Assembly (NCBI GenBank): GCA_964628435.1
Contig: CAZVON010000002.1
Location: forward strand, 26,179 to 72,344
DNA from: an uncultured Gammaproteobacteria bacterium
Lineage (GTDB): Bacteria > Patescibacteriota > Microgenomatia > Levybacterales > UBA12049
Direction: 5' to 3'
Length of the DNA stretch: 46,166 bases
The notes under the pieces are model-generated. The model saw only the letters and a program-made list of their open reading frames with translations, was not told the origin of the DNA and ran no database searches. A program made the position numbers and the translations under genes. Below, one piece after another: positions 37,714-46,166 of this stretch (position 1 is the stretch's first letter; the number at the start of each line of letters is the position of its first letter).

Positions 37714-38004
37714 ATGGATACTGCCCAATTAGTTCTTCTTTTTGTTGTGGTTGTTCTCACGCTACTTCTGATTGTATTGGGGATTCAAGTGTATTTTATC
37801 TTAAAAGAACTGCGAAGGACAGTTACGAAAGCAAATAAAGTATTGGATGATACAGGGCTTATTACCGAAAGCGTTTCAGGGCCACTGTCAAGTCTTTCAA
37901 CAGTTATGAGTGGGGTTAAAGCAGGCGCATCAATTGCCAAATTACTGCGTGGAAAAAGTAAACTTTTGAAACGTTTGACAGAGGAGGAAGACGATGGACA
38001 CTAA
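37714..38004 (+). CDS. DUF948/YtxG-like membrane protein
   Basis: N-terminal TM then coiled coil (LKELRRTVTKANKVLDD); paired with a YtxH-like gene. Confidence 0.6.
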   Translation: MDTAQLVLLFVVVVLTLLLIVLGIQVYFILKELRRTVTKANKVLDDTGLITESVSGPLSSLSTVMSGVKAGASIAKLLRGKSKLLKRLTEEEDDGH

Positions 38005-38350
38005 TCAAAAATCAGGAGGAGGATTTATGAGTGGTTTTGTCTGGGGAGCTATTATTGGTGGAGGAATTGTTTATTTGTTAAGCACAAAAAAGGGAAAGAA
38101 AATCTTAAAAGCAATTACAGAAGGAGGGTTAGAAGGAGTAGAAGAGTTGGAAGATATTATCGCATCAGTTGCCGAAGAAAAAGAATATGAAGCTGCTCCG
38201 CGTCCTAAAAAGCAAAAATCCAACCCAAAACAAGAGATAATAATGGAAGAAATGCCTGTAAGATCTGAGGAACCGGTAAATTCTCAGTCAACTATTTCGA
38301 AAATAAAATCATCTAGTCGACGTTTTTTTAAAGGTGTTCCGAGAAGATAA
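37994..38350 (+). CDS. YtxH-like protein
   Basis: FMSGFVWGAIIGGGIVYLLSTKKGKK motif; GAGGAGG SD; overlaps the upstream gene. Confidence 0.65.
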   Translation: MDTNQKSGGGFMSGFVWGAIIGGGIVYLLSTKKGKKILKAITEGGLEGVEELEDIIASVAEEKEYEAAPRPKKQKSNPKQEIIMEEMPVRSEEPVNSQSTISKIKSSSRRFFKGVPRR

Positions 38351-38360
38351 ATTATTTGAA

Positions 38361-39320
38361 TTATAGTCCGTATTTTTTTATATTTGCGTTGTGCTCCTCT
38401 AAAGTTTTTCCGTAATGGTTTTTGCCAGCATTGTCTGAAATATAATATAAATAGTTTGTTGTAGCTGGTGTAATAACCGATTCAAGTGCTGAGAGTCCGG
38501 GATTTGCAATAGGGGTTGGTGGAAGACCAGGATACGTATAGGTGTTATAGAGAGAATTTATTTTTAGATCAGAATGAGTAATGTTTTTCTTCCACCACGT
38601 TTTTTCGTCTTCTTGAAAGCCGAGCGCATATTGAACAGTCGCGTCTATTTGAAGTGGCATGCCAAGAGATAGCCTATTGAGTAAGACCGATGCAACCAGA
38701 GGACGATCTTTCGACAACTGTGCTTCTCGTTCAACCAAAGACGCAAGAATTACAATATCTTGTTGAGTGAGATGTTTGGGCGAAATAGTAGAAAGCTGTG
38801 CATATCTTTTATCAAAAGTAGATCTCATAAGCGTTATAATAGTTTCGATAGGAGCGTCTTTAGGAATTAGATACGTGTCTGGAAAAAGATAACCTTCGTG
38901 TTTGTTTAAAGCTCTTCTCCAAGATGTTTGATAGCTTGGAATATGTTTTTTGAGAATATCTGCTATTTCATCAGCTCTTTTTCCTTCTGGAATGGTGACC
39001 CAGACGTCCAGTGTTCCATGAGTAAGAGTTTCTGCAATTTCATATGCGGTCATAGAGGGCGAAAGCCGAAAGTCTCCTGCCTGAATCTTATTATCAAACC
39101 CTTGCTTTTTAACCAGAAGTACAAAAACGAAAGAATCTTTAATAAGTCCTTTTTGGTGGAGATTGTTTGCTATTTCCTTAAGACGTGCTCCTGTGGGAAT
39201 AACAAAAATTTTTTGGCTTTTATCGTAAGTATTGACTGGAGAAATCCCGCTTTTCCACCACATAAGCGCTAAAAGACTAAAAATACCAAAAACAGTAATG
39301 ATAAAGAAAAATCTTTTCAC
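38361..39320 (-). CDS. mltG: Endolytic transglycosylase MltG
   Basis: TM anchor, VTIPEG, EGYLFPDTY, ASLVERE, LQIDATVQY, GLPPTPIANPG. Confidence 0.95.
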   Translation of the reverse strand: MKRFFFIITVFGIFSLLALMWWKSGISPVNTYDKSQKIFVIPTGARLKEIANNLHQKGLIKDSFVFVLLVKKQGFDNKIQAGDFRLSPSMTAYEIAETLTHGTLDVWVTIPEGKRADEIADILKKHIPSYQTSWRRALNKHEGYLFPDTYLIPKDAPIETIITLMRSTFDKRYAQLSTISPKHLTQQDIVILASLVEREAQLSKDRPLVASVLLNRLSLGMPLQIDATVQYALGFQEDEKTWWKKNITHSDLKINSLYNTYTYPGLPPTPIANPGLSALESVITPATTNYLYYISDNAGKNHYGKTLEEHNANIKKYGL

Positions 39321-39329
39321 AAATACTAA

Positions 39330-40631
39330 TTATATCGAAAGAATTGGAAAATGGGAAAGTGACTCTTTTGCTTCTTTCAGATTATACATTTTTTCACTGC
39401 ATAACGTATAAAGTAAGTCTCCTTTTTTAACCTGTTCACCAGTTTTTTTATGAAAATAAATTCCTGCTCTTTTTTGTTTTGGTGCACCTAAAATTTTTGC
39501 AATAATTGTTGAGTTATGGCTATTGATTGTTCGAATAGATCCAGAATGAGAAGATTTAAATTTTATTGAAAATGTGCCTGGTTTTAGGTCTTCGCTATCA
39601 ATATGAGGGTTACCTCCTTGGGCTTTTATAATCTCTTTCATTTTTGCAAAAGCAATTCCTGAGTGCAGGATATGGGTAGCCCATCCAAAAGCGTTTCCGT
39701 ACTTTTTTTTAATTTCTTTTTGCAGTTTTTCCGAAGAATCTTCAAGGCACAAATCAAGCAAATTCCCAGCCAAGTGAAGACTTCTTATCTCAAGATCTAG
39801 AGGTCTATTGTCTTTTTGTTGCAGTACGCGAATAGCTTCTCGTGTTTCTAGAACAGGACCAATGCCGTTACCGATTGGTTGATCAGTTTTATGAATTAAA
39901 CAGCGAATTCGAATATTGAATTTTTTAGCCAAATATTCAAATTTTTCTTTCAGTACTTCTGCGTCTTTGAGCCGATGGACTTTGACCGTATCACCATATG
40001 GTAGGTCGATAACCACATGGTTAGAACCAAATGCTACTTTTTTTGCTATAATAGAAACTAAAATCTTATCGTAGCTTTCAAATAGAAGCGGTTCTTCTAC
40101 CTTTATTAATACATCATCTGCAGGTGCAATATTAAAACTTCCTCCCCACACAATACATCCATTCGTTTTTTTTACTATGTCATAAATTTCGTCTTTAGCA
40201 AACTCAACGTTTGCCAAAACTTCCATGTCGTCTGCGGTTCCCCCTGGTGTTGTAATCGCTCGTGAAGAACTTTTTGGTATTATAAATCCTGCTGAAGCAA
40301 CAATTGGGACGACAATAAGCGTGGTTCGAGTTCCCGGAATACCCCCAATAGAATGTTTATCAGCAACTATTCCTTTAAAGTGAAGTACCTCTCCAGTCTC
40401 TACCATTGCTTTGGTAAGGTGATATAGTTCTTGGTTAGTAAACCCCTTTGAATATCCAGATGCGGCAAAATATGTAGTTAAGACATCTCCTAGCCGCTGT
40501 TTGGCAATTTCATCCATAATTGCGTAGATTTCAGGATAAGTAAGTGTTTTCCCAACCAGTTTTTTTCGAATCGCAGTAAGGGCTAAATTCGTTTTTGATA
40601 CAGAAGAAGTATATGTTTTATGAATACTCAT
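39330..40631 (-). CDS. Archaeal-type AMP/nucleoside-monophosphate phosphorylase (thymidine phosphorylase superfamily), N-terminal domain absent
   Basis: DKHSIGGIPG, PKSSSRAITTPGGTAD, IVWGG...APADD..IKVE.PL, QPIGNGIGPVLE, EIIKAQGG. Confidence 0.85.
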   Translation of the reverse strand: MSIHKTYTSSVSKTNLALTAIRKKLVGKTLTYPEIYAIMDEIAKQRLGDVLTTYFAASGYSKGFTNQELYHLTKAMVETGEVLHFKGIVADKHSIGGIPGTRTTLIVVPIVASAGFIIPKSSSRAITTPGGTADDMEVLANVEFAKDEIYDIVKKTNGCIVWGGSFNIAPADDVLIKVEEPLLFESYDKILVSIIAKKVAFGSNHVVIDLPYGDTVKVHRLKDAEVLKEKFEYLAKKFNIRIRCLIHKTDQPIGNGIGPVLETREAIRVLQQKDNRPLDLEIRSLHLAGNLLDLCLEDSSEKLQKEIKKKYGNAFGWATHILHSGIAFAKMKEIIKAQGGNPHIDSEDLKPGTFSIKFKSSHSGSIRTINSHNSTIIAKILGAPKQKRAGIYFHKKTGEQVKKGDLLYTLCSEKMYNLKEAKESLSHFPILSI

Positions 40632-40774
40632 GAGATGGATCCTTTTATCTGACGAATGGCATAGGATACAATACCACGAATAACGGTTAAGAGAAAATAG
40701 AGTGAGTTATTGATAATGCGATAGATAATTGGCCATATTTGAATGAGAATAATTTTTAGTTTATTTTCTCCCAT
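40628..40774 (-). CDS. 48-aa small amphipathic/hydrophobic protein (not in ORF track)
   Basis: MGENKLKIILIQIWPIIYRIINNSLYFLLTVIRGIVSYAIRQIKGSIS; starts 5 nt after the sortase stop; stop overlaps the next start (ATGA). Confidence 0.65.
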   Translation of the reverse strand: MGENKLKIILIQIWPIIYRIINNSLYFLLTVIRGIVSYAIRQIKGSIS

Positions 40775-40779
40775 ATTTT

Positions 40780-41511
40780 TTAAATGCGTTCTAAACGTGC
40801 TTTAATAATAAGTCGTTTCCAGGTTGTTCCTGGTGGAGTACAGGTAACCAAGGTTACGTATTCATTGTCAAACTGCTGGGTGAAAATAGAAGTATCAGAC
40901 GGTTCAACAACGCTAAATGAAAAGATTTTATATGTATAGGTAATATCGTTAATAGTTACTTTTAACTCGTCACTAACTTTTAACTTATACACTGTTGCAA
41001 AAATTGTTTTGTAATCTGAAGGGTTAAATAATTGTGGAAGTGTCGAATGACCAAAAATAACTGTGTTGCCTTTTGTTCCAGGTAAAGTAGTACCTTCGTA
41101 ATGAACTAGATGTTGTGAGAGATCGTTGTCTGTTGTTGAAACAAGAGCGTTTTTGATATCAAGTGTTGGAATAGAAAGATAATATAGAGGTGTCATAGGA
41201 TGAGTTTTTTTGTTATATATATATCCTGGAAACCAATTTTGCGCATTGGTGTAATCAATTCCTGCAAGCGTACGTGCGCCATTTTTTATCAGACTTTGGA
41301 CTGTTTGTTCGTTAAGTATGGTTGCCTGAGGGATAGGAGCAGTAAAAGTTGTTGAAGCAAAGATGGGAGAGAAAAAAAATTGCCAAGAAATTAGAGGAAG
41401 TGAAACATATATTAAGAGTGCAATTCCGACGATACACGTAAAAATGCCCAGAATTCTGATGATAGTTTTATTATGAAGGTGAGGGGTTTTTTTATAATAG
41501 TAATTACACAT
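40780..41511 (-). CDS. Sortase
   Basis: N-terminal TM; LSIPTL, PGTKGNTVIFGHS (His), TLVTC (Cys), PGTTWKRLII (Arg). Confidence 0.92.
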   Translation of the reverse strand: MCNYYYKKTPHLHNKTIIRILGIFTCIVGIALLIYVSLPLISWQFFFSPIFASTTFTAPIPQATILNEQTVQSLIKNGARTLAGIDYTNAQNWFPGYIYNKKTHPMTPLYYLSIPTLDIKNALVSTTDNDLSQHLVHYEGTTLPGTKGNTVIFGHSTLPQLFNPSDYKTIFATVYKLKVSDELKVTINDITYTYKIFSFSVVEPSDTSIFTQQFDNEYVTLVTCTPPGTTWKRLIIKARLERI

Positions 41512-43780
41512 CTTTTTTTGTGAGAATAGTAATATTTGAAGATTTTTGTGGAAGAAGTTTGGGAAGAATAGGGATATTAGGTGATAATGAAATATCTATA
41601 GATACCACTTGAGAAATCTTACTTAAAATTTGCTGAGTATCTTGAAATGATTTTCCATGGATATCTTCTGCTATTTTCTTCGTGTCAATTTTCGGAAGAA
41701 ACTGTGCTTTAAGAGATACTTTTGTCTGGAGTTGATTGTCGTCTTTTTTCTGTAGGTCTTGAATGTTGATATTAATATCTTCGGAAGAAATATTTGAATC
41801 AGGTGATTCCTTTTGAATAACATATTTTGCGTAATCTTCTAGTGCAGTTTTTTTGTACGAAACACCATGAAAAACAATAGCTGCTGAAATACCAACTGAT
41901 TTTGCTTCTTGTCCAAGGGTTTTGTCCAATTCTTTCTTTTCAAATGTGGAGCTTATAAATGTTGGTAAGTATTGTTTGTCACTTTCCTGTTTCTTGAGAA
42001 GCTCTTCACGGGCTTTTTGCTCAAGTTGAGATGAAACTTCGTTGAGTAGTTTATCGATATCTTTTTTTGCTACAACAGTAACTTCTTTTTTAGAACCTCC
42101 AGAAAAAGCACTGTCGTTTTTTGCTGCAACAGTTGCTTTGGGTAATGATTCTACCGTAAATTCAACACCAGAAGGGAGATTGTACTCTTTGCCGATATCT
42201 TCAGCAGTAACAGATGCTTTAGCTGTGCTTGGGGTAATACCACGTAACGCATCACCCGATGCAGAGGAGATATTAACGGCATTATCAAGAAGAAACGTTA
42301 ATCCATTAGATGCAGTAATGACTGCATTTTTAGGAAATGATTGACTCTGCGTTGTTGTTACATTAAAGATTGTTATTGTTCCTTTTGCTTTTTCTCCAAC
42401 TTCTTTGCTGCCTGTTGCTGGGACTGCTAATGTTGTTTCTTGAGTAATTGTTTCAGATTCTAAAGCAATAATATTTTTAGAAAAGTCAGAATCGGTATCG
42501 ATTGAGAATGTGACTTCTTCTGTTTTGTCGATCACATTGGGTTTTGCATAGACAGTAATAGTTGCTTTTAATTGTGTAATATAGATAAGTAGTAAACCAA
42601 CAACCAATATCAAAACAAGGAATGGAATAAACATTACTTTTGTGCCTTGGTTTAACAATGGTACTGTTGGGAACTGAATTTTTTTAAGAACAAACAACAA
42701 ACTTATTTTGCTAGCAAGGCCTAGAATCTGCCGTAACAACTGAGAAGCCGTTGTGTGTTTGGGCCGGTGATGGTGGGTTTCTAGCATATCTGGATGAGCA
42801 GCTTGCGGAATCGCAAGCTGGGGTTCTTCTTTTTCTTCTATGAGAGTTGATTGTTGAGAAGCAATTTCCAAAATGTCTTGTTCTTTCATAAATCCAAAAT
42901 CTTCAGACGTGTTCATGTTTGGGTTTCTTTCTATGGAGGATTCATCCTCAGATTTTTTTACTGGAGTTACTGATTCCTCAGAAATAGGTAAAAACGGTTT
43001 ATGATTGGCATGACGATTCACTTGCATTTCAAATCCAAGTTGGGTTGCGGCTCCAGAAACCACTGCTTTTGCCTCAAAATCTAGCGGAAGAGTAGTTATC
43101 TGAGGAACATGTAAGAAAGGAAGTGTTTTGCTCCATGAATGTCGAATAAATTCTTGAGTAGTACGTTCAGTGTTTTTGTAGGTGTATAAAATAATACGAG
43201 AAGGAAGTACTTCAACATGGGTAAAATGATGAAGAAGTGTATCTGTTGTAACTGCGGGAGACTCGTTGAGAGGTGCTTTTTTAGTAGTGACAAGTCTGCC
43301 TGCGCGAATGATAGAAAGAACAAGATTTTTATTGCCTACGTCTATAAGTATTGCTGAAACAGGAGCACCTTCTTCCTTAGCAAGTAAATGCGCGATTGCT
43401 TCTGTAATAACTATAAATCCGATAGGAGAGAGACCAAATGCATCACATATTACTTTCAGTTTTGCAAGATACTCTTTTTTTATGGTTGTTTCTTCTACCC
43501 AGTCTTCTTGTACGCCAAATACTGTTTTTTGTGTTTCAATGCCGTGTGGAAGTGTTTGCTCAGCAGTAGAAATTGCGATGTCTAAAATATTGAGTAAGTC
43601 ATCTGTTGGAAGTAAGGTCAGTGAGGATTCTAACGTTTCATCATGTTGACCCAGTACTCGTATTTTCCCTTCAAGTTCTTCAAATACGATTGCAGTTATT
43701 TTTTCTTCTTTGAGCAGCAGACTTAGAAAAAACTCTGGTTTCTCCCTTTTTTTAATAGTAAACGGAACAGGCAGTTTCAT
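41504..43780 (-). CDS. Bitopic protein: degenerate FtsA/PilM-like actin-fold N-domain, TM, baseplate-J-like C-domain
   Basis: N-terminal ...EAIAHLL...AILIDVGNKNLVLSIIRAG; central TM VMFIPFLVLILVVGLLLIYI; C-terminal GEKAKGTITIFN...NGLTF...VTAEDIGKEYNL...FSGG. Confidence 0.65.
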   Translation of the reverse strand: MKLPVPFTIKKREKPEFFLSLLLKEEKITAIVFEELEGKIRVLGQHDETLESSLTLLPTDDLLNILDIAISTAEQTLPHGIETQKTVFGVQEDWVEETTIKKEYLAKLKVICDAFGLSPIGFIVITEAIAHLLAKEEGAPVSAILIDVGNKNLVLSIIRAGRLVTTKKAPLNESPAVTTDTLLHHFTHVEVLPSRIILYTYKNTERTTQEFIRHSWSKTLPFLHVPQITTLPLDFEAKAVVSGAATQLGFEMQVNRHANHKPFLPISEESVTPVKKSEDESSIERNPNMNTSEDFGFMKEQDILEIASQQSTLIEEKEEPQLAIPQAAHPDMLETHHHRPKHTTASQLLRQILGLASKISLLFVLKKIQFPTVPLLNQGTKVMFIPFLVLILVVGLLLIYITQLKATITVYAKPNVIDKTEEVTFSIDTDSDFSKNIIALESETITQETTLAVPATGSKEVGEKAKGTITIFNVTTTQSQSFPKNAVITASNGLTFLLDNAVNISSASGDALRGITPSTAKASVTAEDIGKEYNLPSGVEFTVESLPKATVAAKNDSAFSGGSKKEVTVVAKKDIDKLLNEVSSQLEQKAREELLKKQESDKQYLPTFISSTFEKKELDKTLGQEAKSVGISAAIVFHGVSYKKTALEDYAKYVIQKESPDSNISSEDININIQDLQKKDDNQLQTKVSLKAQFLPKIDTKKIAEDIHGKSFQDTQQILSKISQVVSIDISLSPNIPILPKLLPQKSSNITILTKKDV

Positions 43781-43796
43781 ATACTGATGTTAATAG

Positions 43797-45611
43797 CTAC
43801 TCGCCGACCACGGCATATATTCTTTTTTGTCCATGCCCAATATTCTCCTGCTTTATAATTTTAAATCTTTTGAGCTCTCCTGTAAAATCAACATGCGGTC
43901 CGCCGCAATATTCTATTGAGTACGCATCTTTTCTGGAAAGTCGTGAATCTGCGATAAGGTAAATTTTGACCTTTTCTCCATACGTGTTTTTAAAAAGTCC
44001 AATTGCACCAAGCTTATCTGCTTCTTCTTGTGTAAGAAATTCGTAGTAGACAGAAAGATTATCCTGAATTTTTTGATTGACTATAGCCTCAACTTTTTGT
44101 ACCATCTCATCAGTTAATTTTTTATTGTAGTTAAAGTCAAACCTCAAACGATCCACTGTAATGTTTGATCCAGTTTGATGAACTGTTTTTCCAAGTATAT
44201 CTCGCAATGCTTGGTGCAAAAGGTGAGTAGCTGTATGTCCCATTATAGTTTTTTCTTGTGTATCTGCAAGTCCTCCTCTAAACTTTTCCTGTGCCCCTTT
44301 ACGAGAGATGGTTTGATGAGTTTTCATTTTTTCTGCAAAGTCCTGTTCATTAAATACATATCCAAGACTTTTAATTTGAGTTGGAGAAAGACCATGGGTT
44401 GTATATAAAACAAATGCATCGTCAGATGTAATTTCAGCAGTTCCTTTTAATTCATCACCGAGGCGGTATTTTTTTTGAATAAATTTTTTTGCCTCTCCTG
44501 TGGCATGGTTATATTTTTGTTCCTCTTCCAATAATACTCCTTTAATATGCTCAAATTTTTCCACAAGGTGTGGATCTGTTGCTTTGTATTGTTCAACAAT
44601 TATTTCAAGAATGGGTGTAAGCACTTGTTTTTTTAACGCATACAAGTTGTCTAATCCGCGACGAATAAGACGTCTCATAATATATCCTTGTTGTTTATTG
44701 GAAGGAAAAATATCTGATGCTGCCATAAAACATGCTGCGATGAGATGATCAGCCAGAATTCGCATTTGTCGTTGATATTGGTTGTAGCTCTTACCAGAAT
44801 TTTTTTCTATGGAATTGATAATTGGTTTGAATAGAATTGTTTGAAATAGATCTTGCTGGTTTTGGGTAGCTGCTAAAAGTCTTTCAAGGCCTCCTCCAAA
44901 ATCAACATTTCTTCTTGGAAGTTCTGTGAAAGAGCCATCTTGTTGTTTTTGATATTGCATAAAGACGCTATTACCAATTTCAAGAAGTCTGCCATTATGC
45001 GAATATTTTTTTAAGGTATCGCTGAATGGGTCTTGCGGATAAAAGTCAAAGAATACCTCACTGTCTGGTCCTCCTGGCTCACGAGGTGGCATATGTTCGG
45101 GTTCGCCCGCGCGAGACCACCAGTTTTCTTCTGCGCCGTAATAATAAATTCTGTCTTTTGGATCAATTCCTGCTTTTGAAAATAGCTCTTTCCAAATTTC
45201 TGCTGCTTCATTGTCTCGTGGGATAGTTTTGTATCCATTAAATATGGTTACATAAAGTCGTTTTGGGTCAAGTCCGAGTTCTGAGACTAAAAATTCAAAA
45301 AACCAGGGCAATTGTTCTTTTTTAAAGTAATCTCCAAGGCTCCAATTGCCTAACATGCGAAAAAATGTAGTATGACGGTTATCTCCTATCTCATCAATAT
45401 CTTGGGCTCGAAAACAGTTTTGTACATTGACTAATCGTTTTCCTTGTGGATGTATTTCTCCCAATAAATATGGTACTAATGGTTGCATGCCAGAGCTCGT
45501 AAAAAGGGTAGTTGGGTCATCTTGAGGAACAAGAGGAGAATTCAAAATCCGCTTATGTCCGCGTTTCTCAAAAAAAGATATATATGTATCAACAAGATCA
45601 AAAGCAGTCAT
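43797..45611 (-). CDS. alaS: Alanyl-tRNA synthetase (604 aa, C-Ala domain absent)
   Basis: DPTTLFTSSGMQP, HTTFFRMLGNWS, VDFGGGLER, RRLIRR, editing HTATHLLH and CGGPH. Confidence 0.96.
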   Translation of the reverse strand: MTAFDLVDTYISFFEKRGHKRILNSPLVPQDDPTTLFTSSGMQPLVPYLLGEIHPQGKRLVNVQNCFRAQDIDEIGDNRHTTFFRMLGNWSLGDYFKKEQLPWFFEFLVSELGLDPKRLYVTIFNGYKTIPRDNEAAEIWKELFSKAGIDPKDRIYYYGAEENWWSRAGEPEHMPPREPGGPDSEVFFDFYPQDPFSDTLKKYSHNGRLLEIGNSVFMQYQKQQDGSFTELPRRNVDFGGGLERLLAATQNQQDLFQTILFKPIINSIEKNSGKSYNQYQRQMRILADHLIAACFMAASDIFPSNKQQGYIMRRLIRRGLDNLYALKKQVLTPILEIIVEQYKATDPHLVEKFEHIKGVLLEEEQKYNHATGEAKKFIQKKYRLGDELKGTAEITSDDAFVLYTTHGLSPTQIKSLGYVFNEQDFAEKMKTHQTISRKGAQEKFRGGLADTQEKTIMGHTATHLLHQALRDILGKTVHQTGSNITVDRLRFDFNYNKKLTDEMVQKVEAIVNQKIQDNLSVYYEFLTQEEADKLGAIGLFKNTYGEKVKIYLIADSRLSRKDAYSIEYCGGPHVDFTGELKRFKIIKQENIGHGQKRIYAVVGE

Positions 45612-45617
45612 AATACT

Positions 45618-45623
45618 ATTATA
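45618..45623 (-). promoter_or_regulatory. -10 box for leaderless alaS
   Basis: Minus strand TATAAT, 6 nt before ATG 45611; no clear -35. Confidence 0.45.
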
Positions 45624-45823
45624 TTAATATACCAAAGATTATATCACGAGAATAATAAAAGAAAGGACACAAAATTGAGTTTACCTATTGACAGTAGGAT
45701 AAAAAGTATGATATATAGTATATCACTCTAAAGACTTTCAAAAAGGGTTGAGTACCTGCTTTTTTTGTTGTATAAAATTGTTCTGCCTTAAAAATATTCC
45801 CGGCAGGTGAACCAATCTAGTAA

Positions 45824-46166
45824 ATGAGGATGCAGAAGAAGACAAACACCATTACCAGAGTCAATTGGGGAAAAAAATACTCCACACTACCAACACTTGA
45901 CTTATTGGAAGTACAGAAAAAATCATATCAGTGGTTTTTAGAAAAAGCCATTGGAGATGTTCTTGCCGAAATTTCTCCAATTGATGATTTTACCGAAAAA
46001 AACTGGAGTTTAGTGCTTGAGAGTTACCGACTTGGAAAACCTTCTACCACTGCGGATAATGCCATTACAAAAGGACTCACCTACGATGCTCCTTTGTATG
46101 TAAAAGCAACATTAAAGAATAAAAAAACAGGAAAGTCACAGTCATCAGAAGTTTTCTTAGGTGATG
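45824..46166 (+). CDS. rpoB: RNA polymerase beta subunit, 5' fragment (runs off the window)
   Basis: Manual translation: ...LDLLEVQKKSYQWFL...EISPIDDF...GLTYDAPLYVK...EVFLGD; start at ATG 45824 or 45830. Confidence 0.93.
   Translation, partial: MRMQKKTNTITRVNWGKKYSTLPTLDLLEVQKKSYQWFLEKAIGDVLAEISPIDDFTEKNWSLVLESYRLGKPSTTADNAITKGLTYDAPLYVKATLKNKKTGKSQSSEVFLGD

Noticed and set aside
41504-43780. Prophage call based on the baseplate-J-like domain
   Set aside because: Single membrane-anchored gene within a housekeeping operon; no other phage genes.

Overview
AT-rich, gene-dense bacterial chromosomal segment using the standard genetic code (TGA is a stop, e.g. in dnaK). Compact proteins (minimal IF2, 604-aa AlaRS, short MetRS and HrcA), a VirB2-like pilin, a baseplate-J-like membrane protein and an archaeal-type AMP phosphorylase point to a Patescibacteria/CPR organism, most likely Microgenomates (inference). 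The window holds lepA; a cohesin/PKD surface protein with an LPxSG sorting signal; groES-groEL; a PEGA/SH3 protein; a minus-strand metG-tatD-glycosylation cluster (GT2, GT-C, atypical MraY/WecA, DPPR-synthase-like UbiA); hrcA-grpE-dnaK-dnaJ with a CIRCE; and a four-gene pilin / VirB6-like / exported protein / atypical Clp ATPase locus. It continues with nusA-infB-pseudo-DHH-rpsO-pnp-protease-less Lon-rnj-ftsK-rodZ-like-ytxG/ytxH-like; a minus-strand alaS-(actin-like+baseplate J)-sortase-small ORF-AMP phosphorylase-mltG run; and the 5' end of rpoB. No rRNA, tRNA, CRISPR array or transposase was seen. The most interesting signals are (1) the pilin/VirB6-like locus, whose Clp ATPase lacks both the ClpB M-domain and the ClpP-docking loop; (2) heptamer-built inverted repeats that pair stop codons to the next start codon and also sit in-frame inside lepA; (3) pervasive leaderless promoters; and (4) two stripped-down enzymes (protease-less Lon, dead DHH) among the RNA-decay genes.
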